Assembly (NCBI GenBank): GCA_016214345.1
Contig: JACROR010000009.1
Span: 66,447 to 130,446, forward strand
Length of the DNA stretch: 64,000 nucleotides
DNA from: Candidatus Niyogibacteria bacterium
Lineage (GTDB): Bacteria; Patescibacteriota; Minisyncoccia; JACROR01
Direction of reading: 5' to 3'
Shown here piece after piece: positions 9,675-19,869 of the stretch. The translations under genes and the position numbers were made by a program. Each line of letters starts with the position of its first letter. The first letter of the stretch is position 1. The notes beneath the pieces were generated by a model. It was given only the letters and a program-made list of their open reading frames with translations, did not search any database and was not told the origin of the DNA.

Positions 9675-10775
9675 ATGAAAATAACTTGCGTAAAAAATCC
9701 ATTAAAAGAAGTACTTTTTTTGGCGGAAAAAAATGCCGGGAAAATTTTAAATATGCCGATTTTAAACGGAGTTTATCTTAAAACCGAAAATAATTCTTTA
9801 AAAGTAATATCTACTAATTTGGAAACCGGATTTGAAGGAATTATTCCGGCCAAAGTGCAAAAAGAAGGCGAAGTCGTAGTTCCCGTAAAAATATTGGCGC
9901 AACTCGTGGGAGCGTCTTATGAAGATAAAATAACGCTGGAATCGGTAAAAAATAATCTAAATGTTTCTACGGAAAAAGTATCAAGTTTTATAAAGGGTTA
10001 TCCCATTGAAGATTTTCCAAAAATACCGAATATTAAATCAACTAATAAGTTTGATATTTCAGCCAAAGATTTGAGTAACGCGTTAAAATTCGTGCAAAAC
10101 GCGGCTTCCATTTCAATGATGAAACCGGAAATATCCAGTGTGTTTTTTAACGTTCAAAATAAAAATTTCATTAAAATAGTAGCCACGGATTCTTTTCGCT
10201 TAGCTGAAAAAACTTTAGAGTACGCGGTTAAAAACGCGGATTATTTTTTAATTCCGGAAAAAAGCGCGTCTGAATTATCCAGAATCCTGGAGAATAAAGA
10301 AGATAATGTACAAATAGCATTTGATAAAAATCAAATAGGATTTTACGGCGATAGTTTTAAGTTCACCTCGCGTTTGACGGAAGGAAGTTTTCCCAGTTAT
10401 GAATCCGTTATTCCTAAAAAATTTTCCACGGAAGTTTTAATCTCTCGCAACAGATTGATAGACGCGTTTCGTTCAGCCAGCATATTTACCGGAAATTTGA
10501 ATGAAATAAGCCTGCATATAATGCCCGAAGATAATTTATTGGAAATAAGAACAAAGCATAGCGACATAGGAGAACACACTTCGCAAGTTGACGCTAAAAT
10601 AATTGGAGAAAAAATAACCCTTAATTTTAATTACCATTACGTTTTGGATGGACTGCAGAACATGAGTTGTTCAGACGTTATGCTTCGTTTTAGCGGAGAA
10701 AACAGACCTCTTTTGATACAAGAGCCCAATAATTCTCAGGGAGTTTACTTGGTAATGCCGATGAAAAATGCTTAG
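9675..10775 (+). CDS. dnaN: DNA polymerase III beta clamp
   Basis: 366 aa; VATDSFRLA, C-terminal LVMPM; follows dnaA. Confidence 0.95.
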   Translation: MKITCVKNPLKEVLFLAEKNAGKILNMPILNGVYLKTENNSLKVISTNLETGFEGIIPAKVQKEGEVVVPVKILAQLVGASYEDKITLESVKNNLNVSTEKVSSFIKGYPIEDFPKIPNIKSTNKFDISAKDLSNALKFVQNAASISMMKPEISSVFFNVQNKNFIKIVATDSFRLAEKTLEYAVKNADYFLIPEKSASELSRILENKEDNVQIAFDKNQIGFYGDSFKFTSRLTEGSFPSYESVIPKKFSTEVLISRNRLIDAFRSASIFTGNLNEISLHIMPEDNLLEIRTKHSDIGEHTSQVDAKIIGEKITLNFNYHYVLDGLQNMSCSDVMLRFSGENRPLLIQEPNNSQGVYLVMPMKNA

Positions 10776-11046
10776 ATTGAATTTTTGGTTGGAAAAGTTC
10801 AAAGAGCGCATTATTCCATCCCAAGATCTGATAAAAAGCGAATGTTTAAGCGCCATAAAATCGTGCTGTAAGGTTGGTGTTGGATATAAAATTGCTTTCA
10901 GAAAACCGGTAATTTTGATTGAAACGGGCAATGCCGCGTTACGAAACGAAATAATAATGAAGAAGGGCTTGATCTTAGATCAAATCAAAGAAAGAGTTCA
11001 TAAAGACGCCCCTTCTGACATTAAGTTCGTAACTATTTTATCCTAA
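10768..11046 (+). CDS. DciA/DUF721-like protein
   Basis: 92 aa overlapping the dnaN stop; the NAALRNEIIMKKGLIL helix resembles DUF721. Confidence 0.5.
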   Translation: MLRLNFWLEKFKERIIPSQDLIKSECLSAIKSCCKVGVGYKIAFRKPVILIETGNAALRNEIIMKKGLILDQIKERVHKDAPSDIKFVTILS

Positions 11047-11057
11047 GATAAAATAGT

Positions 11058-13616
11058 TTATTGGAAATTTAAGATCTGTTCCAGTTTACCAATGTTGCCT
11101 ACCTCATCATAGGCTTTTATCATCAAGTCTATTTGGTTGGGGATGGAACTTAATTGTGAAAGATTAAAGTTAATTTCGTATGGCGCGATTTTCTTTGAGC
11201 CGATATACGTGTTATCCAGAAAGAAATCAACCTGTCTTATTTTATAAGGGCTAAAAATTTCTACTTTTATGTCCAGGCTTTCAGCGCTGAGAGATAGGGC
11301 GCCGCTCGGTTTGGTAAGGCGGATGTTTGGCGCGTGTTCCGGTTTGTGTATGTTGTCAAAAGTTTTGGGCAGATCGGTTTCGGTCTGTTCAATTATGCCT
11401 TGTTCGGCTGCCCATTTCCGCACCGGCCATTCCCACATGCGAAATTGCGGATCTGAATCCGGATCCGCCGGAGACGGTCCCAGAGGATTATTTTTATCAA
11501 GCCAGTAGAGTATGGAGTGTATTTGAGTCAGAACTTTTTCTTCCGTTAATTCCGGGGGCGTAAAGTCCGTGGCCAGTTTTTTAGATACGGAATCCACAAG
11601 ATAAACCCTTCCTCCCCTCCATTCGCCACGCAATACCGGTTTTGGCGCGAGAGGGTTTTCGGGAGCAATGAAATTTTCCGCCGGCATGCTTTTAAGCGCC
11701 TCTTTAAAAAAAGCATTCCACATGGGCGCCACAATAAAGCCAGCCACCTTTTTTTCCATTTGAGAATTATCGTTATTGCCGGCCCACGCGCCGAGTGCGA
11801 AATTCGGCGTGTATCCTATAATCCAGGCGTCTCGTGAATCATTGGTGGTTCCTGTTTTGGCGGCAACGTCTCTGCCCGGGAAATAAAGAGGAGAGTTTTC
11901 TCCAAATGCCGGTACGCGCGCCCGGTTATCCGAAAGCACGCTGTTTATAAGCCTGGCGATTTGAGGTTCTAAAATCTTTTCTTCCTTTTTTTGGTATTCT
12001 TCTAAAACTTTTCCGTTGGCATCCTCAACTTTTTCTATGAAGGTCGGCGTGGTCCGTACGCCATCATTTCCAAAAACTCCGTATGCTCCCACTATGTCCA
12101 AAAGCTTTACTTCTCCGCCTCCCAGAACCAGGGTTAGTCCGTATCTTTCCGGATCGTTCAAGGTGGTTATGCCCATACTCTTCGCGGTTTTAAGGGTATC
12201 CGTGAATCCGGCCAAATACAACGTTTTTACCGCCGGAACATTTATGGATTGGGCTAAGGCCTCGCGCATGGTTATGGGTCCGCGGAAAACATGGTCGTAA
12301 TTTTCGGGATGATAACATTCGTCTTTGTATTGCGGATTATTTTTTAATTTTTCAGCGGTTTCTTTTTCTTGCGCTTTAAGGTCGGGATTGCACCGGGGGT
12401 TGAATTCCGTTTGTAAGTCAAACAAGGCGGTGTCCGGGGCATAGCCCTTTTTAAGGGCCGTGGCGTAAGCAAAGGGCTTGAAGGCGGAACCGGGCTGTCG
12501 CAACGCGAGCGTAACATTAAAATTACCTTCAAATTTACAGGAAAGCCCTGGAACGCAATTTTCCGGTTCCGGCGGAGCAAAATAGTTTTTGGATCCTGCC
12601 ATAACCAATAATTTTCCGGTTTTGGGATCAGTAGCCACCATCCCGGTGTTGTGGGCGTTAAATTTGTTTAAATTTTCTTCGGCAAATTGGTTGATGGTGA
12701 CCTCGGCTTTTTTTTGTAGATCCCAGTCAAGCGTGGTAGTTACTTTAAGTCCTCCGCTTGCCACCAGGTCTTCGCCGTATTTATTTTCCAAGTAGTCTTT
12801 AACCATCATTACGAAGTGAGGAGCTTTTAAAGTGTTGGCGTCATCTTTGGCGATAAAAACCACGTTTTCTTTTTGGGCGGCTTCTTTTTCCTCTTCGGTT
12901 ATGAATTTCAGATCAGCCATTTTGGCTAAAATAAGATCTTTGCGCGATTTAAGTTCTTTGGCGTGCAGTCCAAAAGGAGAATAGTAGGACGGGGCTTGCG
13001 GTAGCGCGGCCAAATAAGCGGATTCGGCGAGTGTAAGATCTTTGGCGCGCTTATTGAAGAAAGTTTGCGAGGCGGCCTCAATGCCGTAACTGCTTGAACC
13101 GTAAGGTATTTCGTTCAGATATAATTCCAGGATTTTTTCTTTGGAATATTTTTGTTCTATTTTTATCGCCAACACCAGCTCTTTTAATTTACGGGAAAAG
13201 GTTTTTTCCGGAGTTAAGAAGCTGTTTTTTACCAGCTGTTGCGTTATGGTGGAGCCTCCCTGTTTTTTCGCGCCGGTAAAAATATCAGTTAACAGGGCGC
13301 GCAGTATGGAGAACGGCGCTATGCCGCCGTGATAATAAAAATTGTCATCTTCAATGGCTACCGTGGCATTTTTGATTTGTCGTGGCATTTCCGCGAAAGA
13401 TATTACCGTTCGTTTGATGTCTTGATGCACATCATATAAAGACACCTTTCCGGTTTTATCATAAATTTTGGTTGACTGCACTACTTTTCTGTTCAGAAGA
13501 GTGTTAAAGTCGGGTATTTTTACGCTAATTAACAGAACCCAAATACTAAAAACCCCGACCATTAAAATGCCGGATACGGTGGCTATGGGAAATATTTTTT
13601 TTGCAACCGCTTTCAT
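11058..13616 (-). CDS. class A penicillin-binding protein (PBP1A family) with C-terminal Ig-like domain
   Basis: Glycosyltransferase motifs EDDNF and GGSTITQQL; transpeptidase motifs SAFK, SIN and KTGT. Confidence 0.95.
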   Translation of the reverse strand: MKAVAKKIFPIATVSGILMVGVFSIWVLLISVKIPDFNTLLNRKVVQSTKIYDKTGKVSLYDVHQDIKRTVISFAEMPRQIKNATVAIEDDNFYYHGGIAPFSILRALLTDIFTGAKKQGGSTITQQLVKNSFLTPEKTFSRKLKELVLAIKIEQKYSKEKILELYLNEIPYGSSSYGIEAASQTFFNKRAKDLTLAESAYLAALPQAPSYYSPFGLHAKELKSRKDLILAKMADLKFITEEEKEAAQKENVVFIAKDDANTLKAPHFVMMVKDYLENKYGEDLVASGGLKVTTTLDWDLQKKAEVTINQFAEENLNKFNAHNTGMVATDPKTGKLLVMAGSKNYFAPPEPENCVPGLSCKFEGNFNVTLALRQPGSAFKPFAYATALKKGYAPDTALFDLQTEFNPRCNPDLKAQEKETAEKLKNNPQYKDECYHPENYDHVFRGPITMREALAQSINVPAVKTLYLAGFTDTLKTAKSMGITTLNDPERYGLTLVLGGGEVKLLDIVGAYGVFGNDGVRTTPTFIEKVEDANGKVLEEYQKKEEKILEPQIARLINSVLSDNRARVPAFGENSPLYFPGRDVAAKTGTTNDSRDAWIIGYTPNFALGAWAGNNDNSQMEKKVAGFIVAPMWNAFFKEALKSMPAENFIAPENPLAPKPVLRGEWRGGRVYLVDSVSKKLATDFTPPELTEEKVLTQIHSILYWLDKNNPLGPSPADPDSDPQFRMWEWPVRKWAAEQGIIEQTETDLPKTFDNIHKPEHAPNIRLTKPSGALSLSAESLDIKVEIFSPYKIRQVDFFLDNTYIGSKKIAPYEINFNLSQLSSIPNQIDLMIKAYDEVGNIGKLEQILNFQ

Positions 13617-13652
13617 TTAACTCTATAATTATAATACCTAAATTTATATAGC

Positions 13653-14843
13653 ATGAAAAAGGATAATGACAAAATAAAAGAATTACTGGACCGGAGAGTG
13701 GTCGGCATCATAGTCAGAGAGGAGTTGGAAAAGAAGCTCAGATCCGGCAAAAAGCTGCGTATTAAGCTGGGGGTTGATGTGGCGCGTCCGGACATACATC
13801 TGGGGCATGCCGTGGCTCTGTGGAAGTTGCGAGAGTTCCAGGATTTGGGACACACGGTCATCTTTTTGATAGGCGACGCCACTACGCGCATAGGCGACCC
13901 TACGGGTCAAGACAGAACCAGGCCGCTTTTAACGGAAGAACAAATCAATAAAAACGCGGAAACCTACATAGAACAAGCCGGTAAAATTTTAGACATTAAT
14001 AAAACGGAAGTTCGCCGCAATTCGGAATGGTTTGATGAGATGGCCATGTTTGATTTTATAAAACTTCTTACCATGGTAACCCATTCGCAATTGATAGCGC
14101 GGGAGGCCTTTCAGGAAAGAATTAAGGCCGGTAAGGAAATTTTAATGCATGAAATAATCTATCCGGTCATGCAGGGGTACGACTCGGTCGTACTGAAGGC
14201 GGATGTGGCCGTACACGCGGACCAGCTTTTTAATGAACATTTCGGCCGGATGTTGCAGGAAAAGTTTGGGCAAGAACCGCAGACGATCATGACGGTGCCC
14301 ATATTGGTGGGCTTGGACGGCAAACATAAAATGTCCAAGTCTTTGGATAATTATGTGGGCGTTGCGGAGAGTCCGGAGAGCATGTACGGAAAAGCAATGT
14401 CTTTACCGGATGAATTAATAATTGATTATTTTAATTTGTGTACTTTTGTTGACGCGGCTGAAATTTCTCAAATGAATGAAGCAATAAAAAATCATAAATT
14501 AAATCCGCGTGATGTGAAAATGAGATTAGCGCGCGAGATTGTTTCTATTTATCATAGTGTCAAAGATGCGGACGGAGCGGAGGAAAATTTTAAAAATATT
14601 TTTCAAAAAGGCGCTTTGCCGTCAGAAGTTCCTTTGCTGATTTTGCGGTCTCCGGGAAAATTATCCGATATTTTATTGGGCGCGAAATTGGTTTCTTCGC
14701 GTTCGGAATTCCGGAGGCTGATCAATGCCCGAGGTATAGATTTTGAGGGCGTTGTGGTGGAAGATCCGCATCGCATTATTAATGAGTCGGGCACAGTACG
14801 AGTGGGCAAACTTAAATTTTTAAAAATAGAGTTTATAAAATAA
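13653..14843 (+). CDS. tyrS: tyrosyl-tRNA synthetase
   Basis: HLGH and KMSKS motifs; YPVMQGYD; C-terminal S4-like domain. Confidence 0.95.
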   Translation: MKKDNDKIKELLDRRVVGIIVREELEKKLRSGKKLRIKLGVDVARPDIHLGHAVALWKLREFQDLGHTVIFLIGDATTRIGDPTGQDRTRPLLTEEQINKNAETYIEQAGKILDINKTEVRRNSEWFDEMAMFDFIKLLTMVTHSQLIAREAFQERIKAGKEILMHEIIYPVMQGYDSVVLKADVAVHADQLFNEHFGRMLQEKFGQEPQTIMTVPILVGLDGKHKMSKSLDNYVGVAESPESMYGKAMSLPDELIIDYFNLCTFVDAAEISQMNEAIKNHKLNPRDVKMRLAREIVSIYHSVKDADGAEENFKNIFQKGALPSEVPLLILRSPGKLSDILLGAKLVSSRSEFRRLINARGIDFEGVVVEDPHRIINESGTVRVGKLKFLKIEFIK

Positions 14844-14876
14844 TAATCCCGGCGCAGCCGGGATTATTATTTTATA
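14834..14876. terminator. bidirectional terminator with 20-bp perfect stem
   Basis: TATAAAATAATAATCCCGGC-GCA-GCCGGGATTATTATTTTATA. Confidence 0.85.
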
Positions 14877-15003
14877 GTTCTTCGTTTTCTTCTGTGGGAA
14901 ATGCTTCCTCTGCGAATTCTTCCGGGTCCGTCATTTCTTCCGGGTCATCAATATTCTCCCCGTCGTCCGTATTTAAGATTATATCTTTTGAAATTAAATC
15001 CAT
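14872..15003 (-). CDS. small acidic protein, 43 aa (not in ORF track)
   Basis: MDLISKDIILNTDDGENIDDPEEMTDPEEFAEEAFPTEENEEL; its stop lies in the shared terminator. Confidence 0.55.
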   Translation of the reverse strand: MDLISKDIILNTDDGENIDDPEEMTDPEEFAEEAFPTEENEEL

Positions 15004-15147
15004 GCGTTTTTGTTTAGCTAATTATTACGACCTTGCCCGCCCTTTCGCGGGAAATATTTATAATTCCTACGGAAATTCAAGAAATGCCGCGGCATTTCTT
15101 ATATTTGTACCAAAATTAATATTTTTGTAAAGACCCCGTAATTTTAT

Positions 15148-15156
15148 TGTGGATAA
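15148..15156 (-). promoter_or_regulatory. perfect DnaA box
   Basis: TGTGGATAA (= TTATCCACA on the - strand) in an intergenic region. Confidence 0.45.
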
Positions 15157-15184
15157 CTTGTGAGCAAGGCCTGTATATGGTTAT

Positions 15185-15676
15185 TTATAGCCCTATTTTA
15201 TGGTAAGCAAAGGCAGTTAAGGTGATGGCCAGAGCGTCCGTAGTGTCGTCGTATTTGGGAATTGTTTCCAATTTTAGCAGCATTTTAACCATGGCCTGCA
15301 CTTGTTTTTTATCGGCTTTGCCGTAGCCGCATATGGCGGTTTTTACCTCCAGGGGCGCGAATTCCATGAGCGGTATTTTGTTTTGCGCCGCGAGGTAAAT
15401 GAGTATGCCGCGCGCTTCCGCCACTTTGAACGCGGTTTTTTGGTTTTTAGTGAAGTAAATTTTTTCCAAAGCAATGGCGTCGGGATTTTGTTCGCGAATG
15501 ATTTTTTTAATTCCCGATCCTATGGCCAGCAGCCTCTTTTCATACGCGGTATTGTTATAGGTTTCCAGGCATCCCAGGCATTCCACAATATAATTATTGC
15601 CTTCGCGCGAAATAACGGAATATCCCAAGCGTCCAAAGCCGGGATCAATTCCGAGAATTTTAGTGTGCGCGGCCAT
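15185..15676 (-). CDS. ruvC: Holliday junction resolvase
   Basis: ILGIDPG, EARG and DDTTDALAI motifs. Confidence 0.95.
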   Translation of the reverse strand: MAAHTKILGIDPGFGRLGYSVISREGNNYIVECLGCLETYNNTAYEKRLLAIGSGIKKIIREQNPDAIALEKIYFTKNQKTAFKVAEARGILIYLAAQNKIPLMEFAPLEVKTAICGYGKADKKQVQAMVKMLLKLETIPKYDDTTDALAITLTAFAYHKIGL

Positions 15677-16209
15677 TATTCGGCGTTTGAATAAATTTCC
15701 TGTATGTCGTCATGGTTGTCCAGCGCCTCCATAAGTTTGTCAAAAGTTTTCGCGTCTTTTTCATTTAACGCCACGGGCATTTTAGAAAACCATTCATTGC
15801 CTTTTTTTTCAAATGCCCAAGTGACCGATCCGGTTTCCGCCAACTTGGCGTTATGTTCGGATAAAATATGTTTTATTTCCGCGACCGTTCTGTTTTTATT
15901 GTCGGTTACGGCTTCAATGATGATGGCCACCCCTCCCGGACCATAGGCTTCGTATCTTGCGGATTCAAGCGTTGCGCCTCCTGATTTTCCGCCACCTTTT
16001 TTGATGGCGCGTTCAATATTGTCAGCTGGCATATTCGCGGCTTTGGCTTTTTCCACGGCGGCGCGCAGATCCGGATTGGTATTGGGATCTTCTCCTTTAC
16101 GGCTGGCTAACTGTATTATTTTTGCCAGCTTTCCGAAAATCTGCCCTTTTTTAATATCCGTAACGGCTTTTTTATTTTTGATTTGTGACCACTTGCTGTG
16201 TCCCGACAT
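15676..16209 (-). CDS. yebC: YebC/PmpR family protein (short form)
   Basis: MSGHSKW and YEAYGPGG motifs; 177 aa. Confidence 0.9.
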   Translation of the reverse strand: MSGHSKWSQIKNKKAVTDIKKGQIFGKLAKIIQLASRKGEDPNTNPDLRAAVEKAKAANMPADNIERAIKKGGGKSGGATLESARYEAYGPGGVAIIIEAVTDNKNRTVAEIKHILSEHNAKLAETGSVTWAFEKKGNEWFSKMPVALNEKDAKTFDKLMEALDNHDDIQEIYSNAE

Positions 16210-16221
16210 ATTAATTAAATA

Positions 16222-16740
16222 TTATTCGTTCAAATTAGGGCTATTTGAGCCAGTTTTGTTTTTTTGAGCGTATTCCAAAATTATATCTTTAGCGTGGCCG
16301 GCATTGGGTATGTTTTTGGCTATGAACTGCTTTTCTCCCGCGGTTTGCACTATGATGTTTCCGAATTTAAAAACGGTCGCGAAAAAGTCGGGTATTTCCA
16401 CGGTTACATCTTGTACGCGGGACAGCATGAATTCTGAAATTTCCCGGTTGAAAAGTCCGCGTTGTTCAATGCTTATAACCCGTTCATTGGTTATGATCCA
16501 CATATCCAAATAATAATCCACCCACAGGATGAAGCTTATGAGTAAAATAATTAAGATATATATGCTAAGCAAGAAGGCGGCGAGCGTCGTGTAATTTTCC
16601 GGAATATAGGCCGAAGATATTTGCGTTAAGATTACGGCGATCAAAAGCATTATTATAATGACCGTCATTTTGCTGCCGATGACGAACCAGTGCCGGTGCA
16701 CGGCCAAAATTATTTGTTCTCCGGATTTGGTTTCAAACAT
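16222..16740 (-). CDS. bacterial PH-domain membrane protein
   Basis: Two TM helices, then IITNERVISIEQRGLF..VQDV..FGNIIVQTAG. Confidence 0.75.
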   Translation of the reverse strand: MFETKSGEQIILAVHRHWFVIGSKMTVIIIMLLIAVILTQISSAYIPENYTTLAAFLLSIYILIILLISFILWVDYYLDMWIITNERVISIEQRGLFNREISEFMLSRVQDVTVEIPDFFATVFKFGNIIVQTAGEKQFIAKNIPNAGHAKDIILEYAQKNKTGSNSPNLNE

Positions 16741-16942
16741 GGAAAATTTGGTCCCACGGCACCGTGAAAAAAAGCGCCGCGGAAATTATTATGAATATTG
16801 CGATGGTTCCCAAAAACACCTTGGTTATCAGGTTGCGTTTGTCGTCGGGCAGCACATATTCTTTTAAATGCCAAAGAATGATCGCGACAAATGCCACATA
16901 AGACAAGATAAACAGGGAATATATTATTAAAGGAATGATCAT
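16733..16942 (-). CDS. small two-TM hypothetical protein
   Basis: 69-aa hydrophobic ORF overlapping both neighbours. Confidence 0.65.
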   Translation of the reverse strand: MIIPLIIYSLFILSYVAFVAIILWHLKEYVLPDDKRNLITKVFLGTIAIFIIISAALFFTVPWDQIFHV

Positions 16943-17973
16943 AGTAAATGGTTTTGATTTTGGCGCGGAGGGTTTTTGCCCAAGTGTTCAAACGCGCCCG
17001 TGGTTGCCGTTCTTCCTCTTGGCGTTCTTTCTATAAATCCTAATTGCAGGAGGTATGGTTCATACACCTCTTCAATGGTGTCCGGATCTTCGGATAACGC
17101 GGCGGCTATGGTTTTTATACCGACCGGTCCGCCGTTAAATTTACTTATAATGGTGTCCAGTATTTGACGATCATGATTTTCTAGGCCAAGGCGATCAATT
17201 TTTAACATTTCCAGCGCCCTTTCCGTTTCGTTAATGGTTATGATCTCCGCTCTTTGAACTTGCGCGTAGTCTCTGACCCTTTTTAACAGCCGATTGGCCA
17301 CTCGCGGCGTTTGTCTGGAACGCTCGGCTATAATAGTTGCCGCGTCATCGTTTATTTTTATGCGGAGAATTTGTGCGGAACGGAGAATTATTTTTTTAAT
17401 TTCCTGGTTGCTGTAAAAATCCAAACGGAAGCTGCCGCCGGAAAATCTGGACCGGAGCGGGGAAGACAGGAGGGAGATGCGGGTAGTCGCGCCTATTAAG
17501 GTAAAGGCCGGCAGTTCCAATTGTATGGAGCGGGCAGAGGGGCCCTTGCCCAGCACGACATCCAACGTTCTGCTTTCCATGGCCGGATAGAGCACTTCTT
17601 CTATGAGTTTGTTCAGCCGATGTATTTCATCAATAAACAAAATATCTCCGTTGGAAAGATTGGTGAGTATGGATGCCAGATCTCCCACCCGTTCAATGGC
17701 CGGACCGGAAGTGATTTTTATGGGCGCGCCGATTTCATGCGATATAAGATAGGCAAGCGTGGTTTTGCCGAGTCCCGGCGGTCCGTAGAAAAGGAGATGT
17801 TCCACGCATTCGCCGCGTTCTTTCGCTGCCTGGATTAAAATACTTAAATTTTGTTTTACGGTATTTTGCCCTATGTATTCATCCCAGCGTCTGGGACGCA
17901 AAGTAAGGTCAAGATTTTTGTCTTCTCCTTGTTGATTGGGCCCTGTGGCGGATGATAATGGGGGGGTTGACAT
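16939..17973 (-). CDS. ruvB: Holliday junction branch-migration ATPase
   Basis: [21 protein letters not shown] and DEIHR; start set at ATG 17973. Confidence 0.95.
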   Translation of the reverse strand: MSTPPLSSATGPNQQGEDKNLDLTLRPRRWDEYIGQNTVKQNLSILIQAAKERGECVEHLLFYGPPGLGKTTLAYLISHEIGAPIKITSGPAIERVGDLASILTNLSNGDILFIDEIHRLNKLIEEVLYPAMESRTLDVVLGKGPSARSIQLELPAFTLIGATTRISLLSSPLRSRFSGGSFRLDFYSNQEIKKIILRSAQILRIKINDDAATIIAERSRQTPRVANRLLKRVRDYAQVQRAEIITINETERALEMLKIDRLGLENHDRQILDTIISKFNGGPVGIKTIAAALSEDPDTIEEVYEPYLLQLGFIERTPRGRTATTGAFEHLGKNPPRQNQNHLL

Positions 17974-17995
17974 ATTTTTAATTTGGATATATAAT
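17967..17995 (+). promoter_or_regulatory. consensus sigma70 promoter
   Basis: TTGACA (17967-72), 17-nt spacer, TATAAT (17990-95); points into the non-coding spacer. Confidence 0.75.
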
Positions 17996-18001
17996 ACTTC
18001 T

Positions 18002-18185
18002 AAATTTAGAAGCGAGCTTTGCACTTTTAAGTCTCTGGGTGATACCATCGCAAGGTGGCAGGACTTTCTTTTAAGGGCAATCTGGCTCTCCACTTCTTGT
18101 GGCAGAACCGCTGGACCGCTCCTTTGGGAAAGCTCTAAGCTATTGGTCAACTCAATTAGTATATTGCCCGGAGACTTAAAGGTGC
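18002..18185 (+). ncRNA. structured ncRNA candidate (6S RNA-like)
   Basis: 24-bp closing helix 18021-18044/18162-18185 with 4 G-U pairs; CCAUC-GCAA-GGUGG hairpin; long irregular inner stem; perfect promoter upstream. Confidence 0.55.
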
Positions 18186-19855
18186 TATTCTCCTAAAACT
18201 CGGCGCATTTCTTCAACACTGGTTTTGCCATCTAAAATTTTTAATGCCGCGTCTTGTTCCATGGTCAGCATATTTTGATGTTTGGCCAATTTTTTGTATT
18301 CGGATTCTGGCGGATTTTCAAGGATAAGACGCTGCGCTTCGTCGTCAATACTAAATGCTTCATATACTCCGATCCTCCCTTTATAGCCCATATTGTTACA
18401 AGCGTCGCATCCTTTTGCTTTCCAAAGTTCAAGTTTATCCAAAGGGGGTTTTTTAATCGTTTCCGGAAGTTCGGCTAACTTTTTTTTCAAAAATTCTATT
18501 TCTTCGGCGGTGGCCTTTTCCTTCTTTTTACATTTTTCGCATAAAACTCTCAATAGCCGCTGCGCCATGGATACGCTTACGGCCGGACCAATAGTGTTGG
18601 GAGTCGCGCCCAGATCAATCAATCTTGGTACTGTGCCAAAAGCATTGTTGGTATGAAGCGTGGAAAAAACCAGATGCCCCGTGAGCGCGGCGTTTAACGC
18701 GGTTTTGGCCGTTGCCAAATCTCTTATTTCGCCCACCAATATAACATCCGGGTCTTGTCTTAGAACCGCTCGCAGAGCATCCGCGAAATCATAATTCTTG
18801 CTAAGATCTATTTGCGATTGATTTATGCCCGCGATATGGTATTCCACGGGGTTTTCTATGGTGATAATTTTTATCTCCGGAGAAAGGATTTTTTTTATAA
18901 AAGCGTAAAGCGTGGTAGTTTTTCCCGATCCGGTAGGTCCGGTGGTAAGGATCATGCCGTTTGGTTTATTTATCGCTTTTTCTATGATTTTGCGCAGGCT
19001 TTCGTGCATGCCCAGATTTTCAAATGAAACATCGATGGCTTTTGGATGAAGCACTCTTAGCACTATGGATTCTCCGTAAGCTCCCGGAAGGCTTGAAGCG
19101 CGCACTTCCACGTCCGTATCATTTATGCGTATGGTGAAGCGTCCGTCTTGCGGGCGGTCGGCGACATTTAACTTCATTTCTCCTATAAGTTTAATGCGGG
19201 ATAAGAGCAGCTTGTAGACGCTGTCGGGGAAATTTATAATGTCATTTAATACGCCGTCCAGGCGAAATCTTAGTTTGGCTTCATTTTCTTGCGGCTCAAT
19301 ATGAATATCGGACGCTTCCAAGGCGTATGCTCCGGCTAAAATCGCTTCCACCATGCTGGATGCCGTGCGAAGTTGCCGCGCGGAGATGATCGGAGCCAAC
19401 AATTCTTTAAAATTATTTATATTGGTTATTTTGGCGATATATCCCGCCAAATGCTCTTTGGAAATACTGATGAGTCCGGCCGCAACCTCTTCAAATTCCG
19501 GAACTTCGCTATAGCGGCTCCAGGCCCGCTGTAAGCTGGTTTCGGAAACCATAAAAATGGTAAGTTCGTATGCCTCGTCTTTCAGGCGAGTTGTGATTTG
19601 TAGGGTTTGCGGCAATTCCGGATTGCGTACGGCAACGCTTATTTTTTTCCCCACTTTTTGGAAAATCGCGATTTCTCCTTCGCGCGCTTCTTTTTCGGGT
19701 AAAATTTTTAAAGCATCCAGCTCTATATTGATCCTGGAAAGATCCAGATAGGGCAGTTTATATTTTTGAGACAATATTTGGGCGAGGTCTTCGGCCTCTT
19801 TTTTTTTGATGCTTTCTATGCGTTCTTCCTGATTTTTTTCGTTAAACTCCGACAT
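18185..19855 (-). CDS. pilB: PilB/GspE-family type IV pilus assembly ATPase
   Basis: [44 protein letters not shown], and CxxC zinc motifs. Confidence 0.85.
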   Translation of the reverse strand: MSEFNEKNQEERIESIKKKEAEDLAQILSQKYKLPYLDLSRINIELDALKILPEKEAREGEIAIFQKVGKKISVAVRNPELPQTLQITTRLKDEAYELTIFMVSETSLQRAWSRYSEVPEFEEVAAGLISISKEHLAGYIAKITNINNFKELLAPIISARQLRTASSMVEAILAGAYALEASDIHIEPQENEAKLRFRLDGVLNDIINFPDSVYKLLLSRIKLIGEMKLNVADRPQDGRFTIRINDTDVEVRASSLPGAYGESIVLRVLHPKAIDVSFENLGMHESLRKIIEKAINKPNGMILTTGPTGSGKTTTLYAFIKKILSPEIKIITIENPVEYHIAGINQSQIDLSKNYDFADALRAVLRQDPDVILVGEIRDLATAKTALNAALTGHLVFSTLHTNNAFGTVPRLIDLGATPNTIGPAVSVSMAQRLLRVLCEKCKKKEKATAEEIEFLKKKLAELPETIKKPPLDKLELWKAKGCDACNNMGYKGRIGVYEAFSIDDEAQRLILENPPESEYKKLAKHQNMLTMEQDAALKILDGKTSVEEMRRVLGE

Positions 19856-19869
19856 TCTTCCATGGTAGC

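Noticed and set aside
15676-16209. Short YebC as a pseudogene
   Set aside because: Both termini are intact and in frame; consistent with a compact variant.
17974-18150. 59-aa N-terminal extension of RuvB in the ORF track
   Set aside because: RuvB-like sequence starts near ATG 17973; the region is better explained as a structured non-coding element.
18840-18870. PilB Asp-box ENPVE instead of EDPVE
   Set aside because: Single substitution with all other ATPase motifs intact; not enough to infer altered function.
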